From NCBI GenBank assembly GCA_017620815.1, contig JAGAUI010000001.1, forward strand, positions 4,774 through 68,773: a stretch of DNA of 64,000 nucleotides, given 5' to 3'. This DNA is from Flavobacteriales bacterium. Its GTDB lineage: Bacteria; Bacteroidota; Bacteroidia; Flavobacteriales; UBA1820. Below the pieces are notes generated by a model that ran no database searches, was not told the DNA's origin, and was given only the letters and a program-made list of their open reading frames with translations. The stretch's first letter is position 1. Each line of letters begins with the position of its first letter. Shown piece by piece: positions 48,509 to 57,951 of this stretch. Position numbers and translations under genes: made by a program.

Positions 48509-50047
48509 TTACTTTACAAGACGTGTGCGTGCAGGCACAACACCATACACTCGGTCAAAGCTTTCTGAAAGAGAACGTCCTGCTGCATAGTCATATAGAG
48601 TAAGACGTCTTATTTTGGCGTACGATAGCCAATAGTTACGCAATGCGTTTATATATGCCTCCTGTGCAGTATTCTGACGCTGGAGGGATAGACTTATGGC
48701 ATTCACATCGGCCTGACCTATGATAAAACGCTGCATGGTATTGTTATAAGCGTCCTTTGCCAGTTCCAACGCCTGTTTGGCACTATTTATAAGTCCTTGC
48801 TGTATATTGAAATCCTCTACCGTCATTATTACATCCTGTTCTAGAGATATACGGTCCTGTTCTATGGATACTTTGGTCATATCATAGTTACTACGAGCCA
48901 TATTATATTTTCCTCGTGCTACTCCCCAATCCACCAGAGGTATATTAAGCGATAGATATACCCTATCCTGACGATTAAGATTTTTATATGCACCTGTAAA
49001 ATCATAAGCCGCCTGATTAAAACCTACGGCAGCAGTAAGATTGGCAGAAAAACGGCTTTCTACCTTGGTACGTTGCATAGATGATTCTGCCTCCAGTTCA
49101 CGACGTTTCATATCAAGGATTTCGGGGTTATTGCTCATAGCATTACGCAATGCCATCTGTGGGTCTATAACACTCTGTGTAGGGACATCTGGTAGTTCTA
49201 GTTCCAGAGCTGTGTCTTCTGGCAGACCTAGGTATGACAATATATCAAATCTCGCTCTAGAGAGGGATATTTTGGCATTTTCCAGTTTATTGCGTGCATT
49301 TATCACGTCTAACTCCAGTGTGAGAAGGTCGGCTTTGGAGATAGATGCTATCTGGTATTTCTGACGTCCTATGGCGGTAAGAGAGTCTGCGTTTGAGAGG
49401 TCGGTAGTAGCCATATCATAAGCCACACGCGATGACACATAGGAGAAAAAGAGCCTTGTTACATTTTCGGCTATCGTTTCCATGTCATAGAGCAGAGTAC
49501 GTTTGGCCGCTTCATATTTAAGTGGTTCTATCTTTTTACTCCATTTGAACTCATTAAATCCAAATAGCGGCTGACTATAACCTATGCTTATAGGTGTAGA
49601 TGAGAACTGCTGTTCGTTTTCCTCTGCCGAGAAGTTTTTATAGAAAGACAGGTCGCTGTTTATAAAAAACGTACCTCCCAGCACCCTTACACGCTGTGTT
49701 ACTTCCAGTCCTATGGAAGAGTTAAGAGTCTGTTGAGAACGATACTCTTCGCTATTGGTTTCGGCTATGTAACGCTGCACATAGTTCTGATTATAACTCA
49801 CAGGCGTAGAGGTAAGTGATAGCTGCGGTAGGTCTTGGGCTTTATATGTACGGAACTGCCAGTAAGACACCAGATATGTATGACGTGCACGGAATGCTGC
49901 TAGAGAACTATCGGTAGCTAGAGAGATAGCATCTCCTAGTGTCAACTTTAAGACATCTTTTCCTCCACTTTGGGCACTGCACACCACACTTACCATTGCA
50001 CATATGGCAACTAGCAATGAGGCTATATATCTATTTATATTTTTCAT
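48509..50047 (-). CDS. TolC-family outer membrane efflux protein
   Basis: 512 aa with a signal peptide and two OEP-type repeats. Confidence 0.8.
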   Translation of the reverse strand: MKNINRYIASLLVAICAMVSVVCSAQSGGKDVLKLTLGDAISLATDSSLAAFRARHTYLVSYWQFRTYKAQDLPQLSLTSTPVSYNQNYVQRYIAETNSEEYRSQQTLNSSIGLEVTQRVRVLGGTFFINSDLSFYKNFSAEENEQQFSSTPISIGYSQPLFGFNEFKWSKKIEPLKYEAAKRTLLYDMETIAENVTRLFFSYVSSRVAYDMATTDLSNADSLTAIGRQKYQIASISKADLLTLELDVINARNKLENAKISLSRARFDILSYLGLPEDTALELELPDVPTQSVIDPQMALRNAMSNNPEILDMKRRELEAESSMQRTKVESRFSANLTAAVGFNQAAYDFTGAYKNLNRQDRVYLSLNIPLVDWGVARGKYNMARSNYDMTKVSIEQDRISLEQDVIMTVEDFNIQQGLINSAKQALELAKDAYNNTMQRFIIGQADVNAISLSLQRQNTAQEAYINALRNYWLSYAKIRRLTLYDYAAGRSLSESFDRVYGVVPARTRLVK

Positions 50048-50050
50048 AAA

Positions 50051-53000
50051 CTATGCTTTTATATGAGTAGATGTAACTGTATTCATATTTTTATCCTTAC
50101 GGTATATAAACCAATAGATAAGCGGTATCACATACAGACTGACGGTAGTTCCCACCACCATACCGCCTATCATAGAGAGAGCCAATGGTGCTTGAAGTTC
50201 GCTACCTATATCACTGGTAAACAGCACCGGCACTAGAGCAAATATAGTAGTAAGCGAAGTCATAACTATAGCTCTTAATCGGCGATGTCCTGCCGTATGT
50301 ATAGCTTCCATGATAGGCATACCCTCTCTTCTTAACGCATTTATCACATCTATCTTGAGAATAGAGTCATTGATTATGATACCACAAGAAACTATGATAC
50401 CTATGGCCGACATCACATTTATGGTATGCCCACACACCCATAGTACCAACAGTGAAGCCACGATATCAATAGGGAGTTCTATAAGGACTATAAGTGGTTG
50501 AGTCAAAGACTCAAACTGTGCTGCCAGTATAAAATATAGCAAAAGCACAGAAATAAGCAGCACTATGATGAGCTCTTCAAATAGCTGACGATTTGAAAAT
50601 ATACTACCCGAATACTTAACGTCATATTCTCCCGATGATTTCACTATGTTATCTATCTCACTGGTTAGTTTTTTCTCATCCTTTACATCATCATAGTATA
50701 TAGGGATATATTCACCATCTCGCGAAGCATAGATAGTCTTGAAATCTTGACCTTGTCTTACCTTTATAAATGCCGAAAGAGGAACATCTTCACCTTTGGA
50801 GGTGTTAATCATAGCTGTGGAAAGAAGTTCTGTTATACCCTTCTCCTCCCAAGCTATAACCATAGGCAGATACTGCATATCTGAACGCAATGTAGTTACA
50901 TTATTCTGCCCAAAGAGCGAGCGTATAGTATTATTTACCACCGATGGAGCCACTCCATAAATAGCCATAGCCTCGTTATCTACAGTTATCTCTACTTGGC
51001 TTACCAGTGAAATATCTGCTCTACCGTCAGTCTTACGTGCCAACTCATAACAATATGACACCACATCTTCCATAGATGATGCTATATCCCCAGCAGGTCT
51101 CATGATATGGGCGATGTATTCGGCTTCAGATGTAGTAAATAACTTTTCAAATACAGATTCAACTTTACCCAAAGTAACATTTGCTTTGGGATATTTACTG
51201 TTTATGTATTTTTTTATCTCGTCTTCAACATCGTGTATAGACGCTCCATCCAGTGCCTTGACGTACATCTGTGCTTCTGACGAAGTGAACTCCTCTCTAC
51301 CCGATAGTATAAACTGCTGCTCTCCCGCCAATATAGCGTTCTGGGCATATTTCCCGTCCATATGACGTGCCACGTCTATCATTCTAGAGGCATTCTCCTT
51401 GACATGTATATTTTCATTCCACTCTACCGTTACCACACATTCGTTATAGTCTATATACGGCATCTTACTTTTGTCTATCACATCAAAGAGTAAGATTATA
51501 GCAGGTATTACCAGCAACATACACACCGCCACCACACGGCGGTGTTTGAAAATATAATCAAATCCTCGGTCATACACTCTCCACGATGACACCTTGCTAT
51601 CTATCTTTTCCAGCATACGGGAAATAAAGGCAGGGAATTTAATACGGGATATACGGCTAGAAGAATAGAAAATTTTATATGCCACAGGCAGGAATATGAT
51701 ACCCACTACATATGCCACACCCAATCCTATAGTAATGGACATAGCTTGGTCCATAAAGATAGCTCCTGCTATACCGCTTATAAAGACCAGAGGGACAAAT
51801 ACCGCCACAGTGGTAAGCATAGATGAAAGCAGAGGTGTAATTATTTCATTGGTACCTTTTACACAGGACTCGTCTAGCAAGCCGTCTTTTTCGCGGTATT
51901 GGGAGATGTTATCTGTAACTATGATAGAGTTGTCTATCATCATACCCATAGCTAGTATAAGTCCCGAAAGTGATATGATATTAAGAGAAAGTCCAAAGAG
52001 ATAGAAAAACAACATACTCACCACCAGTGATACCACCATACCCATAGATATGATAAGCGGAGTACGCATATCCTTAAAGAAAAGCAATGCTGTAATACAT
52101 ATGAGCAAGAATCCTATCCATAGGTTTTCTTGAAGATTTTGCATAGTAAAGTCTAGGATATCGGTCTGGTTTTGTGATATATCAAAATCCATATCGGCAT
52201 ACTGCTCACGGAAGATAGCCAAAGCCTCATCTACAGATTTTTTGAGGCCTTCCATAGACGCATCGGACTGTTTAATTATAGAAAACACTATGGAACGTTT
52301 GCCGTTATAAAAAGAATACCCCGCAGGATTCTGTGCTACTATAGACACACTTGCCATATCACTCAAATGATACAGACGACCTTCCTTCATGAAAGATATA
52401 TTTTTTATATCTTCCACCGTACGCAATGTAGCTGCTATCTTTACGTTGTATTCATAGTATCCGTCACGAGCGGTGATACTACCTGCCTCCACATTATTAT
52501 CTACGAGTATTTTTTCCAGTTCAGATATAGAGATACCCGCCTGTGATAGCTTATCGTGATATGGAACTATGGCTACTTCCTGTTTTTCTACACCTGTTAC
52601 ATCTACCATAGCCACTTCTGGAAGTTGTTCCATACGTCTTACTATGACCGTTGTAGCATATTCGGAAAGTTCTAGGAATTTGGTACGTTGTGTTTCCTCA
52701 TATGGGACATCACTTTTAAGAGTGAGGTTTATGTTAAAGATAGGCAGGTCTGTAGCCGATGCTTTCACCACACGAGGGCGGTCTATATCTCCCAAAGCCC
52801 CCATAGCCATATCTATCTTTTCGTTTACGTCTATAAAGGCATAGTCTGTATCTGTACCATAGTCAAACCTTAAATATATGACACCTACTCCATCACGGGT
52901 ACGACTCTCCATAGAAGAGACGTGTGCCACCTGCATGAGCTGTCCACGCAAATGTCTCACCACAGTATTCTCCAACTGACGTGCAGATGTACCTTCTTTG

Positions 53001-53143
53001 GATACTTGAACGGTGATTTCTGGGATAGCCACATCGGGCAGTAGAGATACGGGGAGAGTAAAATATGTTATCACTCCCAGTATGATAGCTGCCAGAAATG
53101 TCATCATTACAGCTACCGGTTTTTTGACTAGAAACTTTACCAC
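50051..53143 (-). CDS. RND efflux transporter permease subunit (AcrB/CzcA-like)
   Basis: 1030 aa with canonical AcrB-family layout and motifs (GMMIDNSIIVTDN). Confidence 0.85.
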   Translation of the reverse strand: MVKFLVKKPVAVMMTFLAAIILGVITYFTLPVSLLPDVAIPEITVQVSKEGTSARQLENTVVRHLRGQLMQVAHVSSMESRTRDGVGVIYLRFDYGTDTDYAFIDVNEKIDMAMGALGDIDRPRVVKASATDLPIFNINLTLKSDVPYEETQRTKFLELSEYATTVIVRRMEQLPEVAMVDVTGVEKQEVAIVPYHDKLSQAGISISELEKILVDNNVEAGSITARDGYYEYNVKIAATLRTVEDIKNISFMKEGRLYHLSDMASVSIVAQNPAGYSFYNGKRSIVFSIIKQSDASMEGLKKSVDEALAIFREQYADMDFDISQNQTDILDFTMQNLQENLWIGFLLICITALLFFKDMRTPLIISMGMVVSLVVSMLFFYLFGLSLNIISLSGLILAMGMMIDNSIIVTDNISQYREKDGLLDESCVKGTNEIITPLLSSMLTTVAVFVPLVFISGIAGAIFMDQAMSITIGLGVAYVVGIIFLPVAYKIFYSSSRISRIKFPAFISRMLEKIDSKVSSWRVYDRGFDYIFKHRRVVAVCMLLVIPAIILLFDVIDKSKMPYIDYNECVVTVEWNENIHVKENASRMIDVARHMDGKYAQNAILAGEQQFILSGREEFTSSEAQMYVKALDGASIHDVEDEIKKYINSKYPKANVTLGKVESVFEKLFTTSEAEYIAHIMRPAGDIASSMEDVVSYCYELARKTDGRADISLVSQVEITVDNEAMAIYGVAPSVVNNTIRSLFGQNNVTTLRSDMQYLPMVIAWEEKGITELLSTAMINTSKGEDVPLSAFIKVRQGQDFKTIYASRDGEYIPIYYDDVKDEKKLTSEIDNIVKSSGEYDVKYSGSIFSNRQLFEELIIVLLISVLLLYFILAAQFESLTQPLIVLIELPIDIVASLLVLWVCGHTINVMSAIGIIVSCGIIINDSILKIDVINALRREGMPIMEAIHTAGHRRLRAIVMTSLTTIFALVPVLFTSDIGSELQAPLALSMIGGMVVGTTVSLYVIPLIYWFIYRKDKNMNTVTSTHIKA

Positions 53144-53162
53144 AGGATAGCTTATATGAGTA

Positions 53163-54236
53163 TTATTCTATGATTTTATTTACATTGACACGCACGTCAT
53201 AGGTAAGATTTGCATTACCCGATACTATGATGGTATCTCCTTCTTTGAGGCCTGTATTGATAATGACATCGGTACTGTTATCATCTCCTTCTGTAACATA
53301 GTTCCATACAGCCACGCCTTTTTTGTAAGAGAAGACTACTTTACGTCCACCGCTACGGTTAACCACAGCAGTCTTTGGCACAGCGAGTTGAGAAGGTATA
53401 GTGTTACGAATGACTACTCGTACATTCATACCATCATAAAGAGTTTCATCTGCCTTATCTACCACAGCTTTTATACGCACCAGTCCTGTGGCATCTACCA
53501 CTGGATTTATCTGTGTTACACGTCCTATAATAACTTTATCACTACCCGAAAACGGACGTATCTCCACTTCTCCACCTTTTTTTACAGCAGAAAGTTCGCT
53601 TTCCAACACCGCAAAATCAACCATAAGGCTACCCGTACCTATTATGGTACAGAATGGTTTACCAGCAGCTGGGGTATTGTGTTCCAGTGTAAAAAGATTG
53701 GCTACTACCCCATCAAACGGAGCATAGAGAGTAGCATTTTCATATTCGTATAGAGCTAGATTATAAGCATTATGACTATCTTCATACCCACTTTTGGTAC
53801 GTAGGAGTTTCATCTCGCTTTCTGGGACAGATGCTGTATCGTTTATGTTATAACCACGAGATATGAGAGCTTCTTGTAGTGAGAGGTATGCTTTATCCAG
53901 CGAAGATTTGGCAGAAAGGAGGCGGTTTTTCAATTTGTAATCATCCACCTGTGCTATCTTCTGTCCTTTTTTCACCTTTTGACCATTGACGGCATAGATT
54001 TTGGTAACCACTTCAGATGCAGAAAAACTTAAATCTGCACGGCGAGCAGCCTCTACCTTACCATTGCTTATGGTCTCATACGCAAAATCCCCCTTACGCA
54101 ATACCTTGACATCTACCACAGGTGTTTCCTGAGCCAATACTTGGGAGACATTTTCTTCTTCTTTCTCTTTGGGAGAGCCACACGCCACAGCACACATAGC
54201 TACCAACGTTCCCACCCACAACAAATGTTTATTCAT
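53163..54236 (-). CDS. RND efflux periplasmic adaptor (membrane fusion protein)
   Basis: 357 aa lipoprotein (AVACGS) with HlyD-like barrel-sandwich and hairpin regions. Confidence 0.8.
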   Translation of the reverse strand: MNKHLLWVGTLVAMCAVACGSPKEKEEENVSQVLAQETPVVDVKVLRKGDFAYETISNGKVEAARRADLSFSASEVVTKIYAVNGQKVKKGQKIAQVDDYKLKNRLLSAKSSLDKAYLSLQEALISRGYNINDTASVPESEMKLLRTKSGYEDSHNAYNLALYEYENATLYAPFDGVVANLFTLEHNTPAAGKPFCTIIGTGSLMVDFAVLESELSAVKKGGEVEIRPFSGSDKVIIGRVTQINPVVDATGLVRIKAVVDKADETLYDGMNVRVVIRNTIPSQLAVPKTAVVNRSGGRKVVFSYKKGVAVWNYVTEGDDNSTDVIINTGLKEGDTIIVSGNANLTYDVRVNVNKIIE

Positions 54237-54343
54237 ATCCTCTACTATAAATGTTTACGCTTTGTAAAATTAAGCATTAAACAGTATAAAATAACATTAT
54301 ATATATATTTTAACACAAATTTTACGAGCTACATCACTTTTTA

Positions 54344-55426
54344 CTACAAATCATACTTATACCTGAACACCCATTCAAAGTCATATCCCGTATGATGGAA
54401 ATAGAAATACTTGTTCACTTCATCTACCAACACACGATTGAAATTGCGTCCCATATCATATTTTTTGACTTTATTTCCATCATAGTCCCACACCTCTACA
54501 TAGGTATTGAGCACTTTACGCCAAGTGCCCATATCCTGATAATCACAGGTCATAACATAGATATACTTATACCTCTTTCCTCCATCCACACTTAATATCT
54601 TATATCCTTTTTCTTTCTTGAAATCCATAGCCTGCACATCTTCCCAAGTGTAAGGCTCACCTATCGTTTTTTCAACAGATATTTTACCATCGGGAGAGAT
54701 ATCACATATATCTATACGACGCAACTGGTCATAAAACACATACATCTTTCCGTATTTATACACGATATACGCTCTATTATATGTATCTCCCGATATCGTC
54801 GTACCTCTATCATTAGCTTCATAGTCCATCTTTTCGGCCAGCGACAAAGAGTCAATGTGCTCTCCTGTTTCAGTACGATTGGTATATATAAAGCGACGTA
54901 AGTTCTCCACATCTACTCCATTCTCATCCCAACCAGTCATATTTATCACTCCATAGACAGAATCATTGACCGTAAACTCACGATACATGTATTCTGTCGT
55001 AAGGTTTTTTCCCATTTTCTCTCCTAGCACCTCAATAGATGATTCCCCTACACGCAATGTACGTTCCACAATTCCTCCTGGGGCAAGGCTTGTAACAGGG
55101 AACTCATCTTTGTTTACATCACACAGGCTTACATACGACCCACGATAATCATCTGGTCCCTCACCTTTATTGCCATAATTATATAGATATTTCCATTCTG
55201 GTAGGCTGTACACATAAAACAATTTTTCACTTCTGGGCGAATGTACCACCGCACGACTGCTCTCCAATGCAAACCAATCACTCGGTTTAAGTATTTCATT
55301 TACCGCAATGCTGTCACACGTCAATTTTTCCACACTATCAAATGTCATATCCCCCACTTTCTCACCAGATGAGCAGGCAACCAGCAAAAGAGCTATCACA
55401 CTCCACAATAAGCCAAATCTTTTCAT
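54344..55426 (-). CDS. 6-bladed beta-propeller-type lipoprotein (BF3164-like family)
   Basis: Lipobox LLVACSS and the Y/W/D-rich repeat pattern typical of this Bacteroidales paralogous family. Confidence 0.5.
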   Translation of the reverse strand: MKRFGLLWSVIALLLVACSSGEKVGDMTFDSVEKLTCDSIAVNEILKPSDWFALESSRAVVHSPRSEKLFYVYSLPEWKYLYNYGNKGEGPDDYRGSYVSLCDVNKDEFPVTSLAPGGIVERTLRVGESSIEVLGEKMGKNLTTEYMYREFTVNDSVYGVINMTGWDENGVDVENLRRFIYTNRTETGEHIDSLSLAEKMDYEANDRGTTISGDTYNRAYIVYKYGKMYVFYDQLRRIDICDISPDGKISVEKTIGEPYTWEDVQAMDFKKEKGYKILSVDGGKRYKYIYVMTCDYQDMGTWRKVLNTYVEVWDYDGNKVKKYDMGRNFNRVLVDEVNKYFYFHHTGYDFEWVFRYKYDL

Positions 55427-55489
55427 ACCAATACTTTTTTTTTAATGTTTTACTGTACAAATATACGACATTTACATTAACACGTTTTA

Positions 55490-55498
55490 CCCCCCCCC
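55490..55498. repeat. C9 (G9 on the coding strand) homopolymer upstream of the lipoprotein gene
   Basis: Read directly. A TAtaTTTG -7 box for the minus-strand gene lies at 55458-55465, 24 nt from the tract. Confidence 0.9.
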
Positions 55499-55549
55499 AT
55501 TTAACATTTCTTTAACAAATGTATTTACTATGAGAATGTCGTTTATACA

Positions 55550-55577
55550 TTAGACAGGAAAAAGTGGCAAAAGGTTT
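55550..55577 (-). promoter_or_regulatory. putative ECF-type promoter (AAACC-N16-TGTCTAA)
   Basis: Minus strand reads GAAACCTTTTGCCACTTTTTCCTGTCTAATGTATAA. An ungapped 57-nt alignment with 41668-41724 gives 43/57 identities by hand count. Confidence 0.4.
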
Positions 55578-55621
55578 CAAGAAAAACGATATTTAACATC
55601 ATTTTTTCATCAGCCATAATA

Positions 55622-55655
55622 TAACACAATCGGCACTATCGTGCCGATTGTGTTA
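55622..55655 (-). terminator. intrinsic terminator after the upstream propeller gene
   Basis: 15-bp stem TAACACAATCGGCAC / GTGCCGATTGTGTTA. Confidence 0.7.
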
Positions 55656-55666
55656 GCCGTGATTAT

Positions 55667-56965
55667 CTATTTCATCTTATAGATAAAGACCACAGGGTTG
55701 CTATTGGGAGTAATGGAGGAATACACCTCATTTAATTCACGTTCATAGCGAGGATTATCTGGAATAGAAACGTGCCTCATCTTACCATCTTTACCAATCA
55801 TAGGTACAAAAACAGACACCCAATTTATAAGATATTCTCCGTCTGCATCTCTAGGATAGAATTTTTTATAACCCTCAAATACAGGCAGCATCATATCATT
55901 TATCAACACCGTTTTCCCTGTCTCTTTTTCATATACTACCCAGTGAACAAATGACAAAGAGTTTTTTACTTGCTCTTCAAAACTTACATCTGAAACACTT
56001 TTACCATCATCTCTTCTTTTTTTCACCTCATCACTTTCATAATGAAATTTCACTATGAGGTATTTATCTGTATCCATGAGGTGAGTTATCTCCCATATGT
56101 ATTTTCCATAGTCGGGATTTTCTCTTATTTTTCTTATGCTTTCTTCACCTTTCATAGATTCTGGCAGATTATATTTATCAAAATCCAATACGTAAGCTGG
56201 ACGCACCTCGTCTTTTGTCGCTACATATATTGTATCTGTTCTATCACACATAAAAAGCACCTCACCATCTTTATTTATAGCATATTTCTGGTCTCTGAGA
56301 TAGAACTGAAATGATGGAGCAGCACTTATATCATACGGCAGATATTTGGTATAGACAGCACTATCTCCCACCATATCTATAGCACACACCTTGTGAGGTG
56401 CACCATATTTAGGCTTTGCATCTGTTAATAATTGGTCTGCCACATACATCCTATCCCCTACATAGAACACATAATGAGGAACCAATGCCTTTTTAAGACA
56501 ATCACGTAAAGAGTATCTATCTACATAGTTACCGCCCAAATCAAAATGCAACACTTTGAGTCCCATATCATCATAAATGTATATGCCTTTATCATTTATT
56601 CTCACAGAAGATATACGCAAGTATTCACCTGGCCCCTCTCCTCTGGCTTGGATTTTGGATATGAATTTTCCACTATCGTCAAATATAAGCACACTCTCTG
56701 TCTGCATTTCACATATATATAGACGATTGTTTCTGTAATATATATTTTTTATCTTCCCGCCTACCAGGGAATGTTCTGTCGTCTCCAGTGGCACTATCTT
56801 ATACCACGATGTATCTATCATAGATATAACATCTGCATTATACTGCACAGACGACATATCTACCACTATGGATTTGACGTCTTTGGGAGTATTAGTAGCT
56901 TCTTTTTCAGCACACCCATACAGCAGTATAGATATGCACAACATCAATGATAAATACTTTTTCAT
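55667..56965 (-). CDS. 6-bladed beta-propeller-type lipoprotein (paralogue)
   Basis: 432 aa with lipobox LLYGCAEK and a repeat pattern like its neighbour. Confidence 0.5.
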   Translation of the reverse strand: MKKYLSLMLCISILLYGCAEKEATNTPKDVKSIVVDMSSVQYNADVISMIDTSWYKIVPLETTEHSLVGGKIKNIYYRNNRLYICEMQTESVLIFDDSGKFISKIQARGEGPGEYLRISSVRINDKGIYIYDDMGLKVLHFDLGGNYVDRYSLRDCLKKALVPHYVFYVGDRMYVADQLLTDAKPKYGAPHKVCAIDMVGDSAVYTKYLPYDISAAPSFQFYLRDQKYAINKDGEVLFMCDRTDTIYVATKDEVRPAYVLDFDKYNLPESMKGEESIRKIRENPDYGKYIWEITHLMDTDKYLIVKFHYESDEVKKRRDDGKSVSDVSFEEQVKNSLSFVHWVVYEKETGKTVLINDMMLPVFEGYKKFYPRDADGEYLINWVSVFVPMIGKDGKMRHVSIPDNPRYERELNEVYSSITPNSNPVVFIYKMK

Positions 56966-57077
56966 ATGCCTAAAATTTATGTTATACTATTTTCATCGGG
57001 ATAAAGTTAACACAAAAACATCACTTTACAAAAAAAACTCACATTTTTTATATACATATTTTCTTCCCACAGCGGCA

Positions 57078-57110
57078 TAAAAAACGCCCCGCACTCACGT
57101 GCGGGGCGTC
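57078..57110 (-). terminator. intrinsic terminator of frdCAB
   Basis: 11-bp stem ACGCCCCGCAC / GTGCGGGGCGT with a T-run on the minus strand. Confidence 0.8.
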
Positions 57111-57136
57111 CCATTTATAAAGAGTCTTTTTTTACT

Positions 57137-57901
57137 CTATGATTCAGGAACAAAGCTTGCTGCCAGATACTCACGGTTCATACGAGCGATGTTCTCAAGA
57201 GATACACCCTTAGGACATTCTACCTCACACGCACCAGTATTTGAGCAGTTACCAAATCCTTCGTGGTCCATCTGCGCTACCATGTTTTTAACACGACGAG
57301 TAGCCTCTACACGACCCTGTGGAAGAAGTGCAAACTGTGATACTTTGGCACTTACAAACAGCATAGCACTTGCATTAGGACAAGCAGCTGCACAAGCACC
57401 ACAACCTATACAAGAAGCCGCTGCAAACGCACGGTCTGCATTTTCTTTCTTGATAAGGATAGAGTTGGCATCAGTAGGGTTACCGCTAGTGTTCACAGAA
57501 ATGAAACCACCGGCAGCCTGTATGCGGTCATAAGCCTTACGGTCCACCATCAAGTCTTTGATGACAGGGAAAGCTTTGGCACGATATGGTTCGATGTAGA
57601 TAGTATCACCGTCCTTGAATTTACGCATGTGCAACTGACATGTAGTTACACGGCGTACAGGGCCATGAGGACGACCGTTGATAACCAACGAACACGCACC
57701 ACATATACCTTCGCGGCAGTCGTGGTCAAATACCACTGGTTCTTCTTTTTTCTCTACGAGCTGTTCGTTAAGAACGTCCAACATTTCCAAGAATGACATA
57801 TCTGGTGATACACCAGTCATCTTGTACTCTTTAAGCTCGCCTTTGGCTTGGGCATTGGCCTGACGCCAGATTTTAAGTGTCAGATTCATATTTCCAGACA
57901 T
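57137..57901 (-). CDS. frdB: fumarate reductase/succinate dehydrogenase iron-sulfur subunit
   Basis: Three Cys clusters: [34 protein letters not shown]. Confidence 0.9.
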   Translation of the reverse strand: MSGNMNLTLKIWRQANAQAKGELKEYKMTGVSPDMSFLEMLDVLNEQLVEKKEEPVVFDHDCREGICGACSLVINGRPHGPVRRVTTCQLHMRKFKDGDTIYIEPYRAKAFPVIKDLMVDRKAYDRIQAAGGFISVNTSGNPTDANSILIKKENADRAFAAASCIGCGACAAACPNASAMLFVSAKVSQFALLPQGRVEATRRVKNMVAQMDHEGFGNCSNTGACEVECPKGVSLENIARMNREYLAASFVPES

Positions 57902-57951
57902 AACTTTTTCTTTTTTACTTTAAACAAAATTCTTAAAAACAGGGCAAACTA

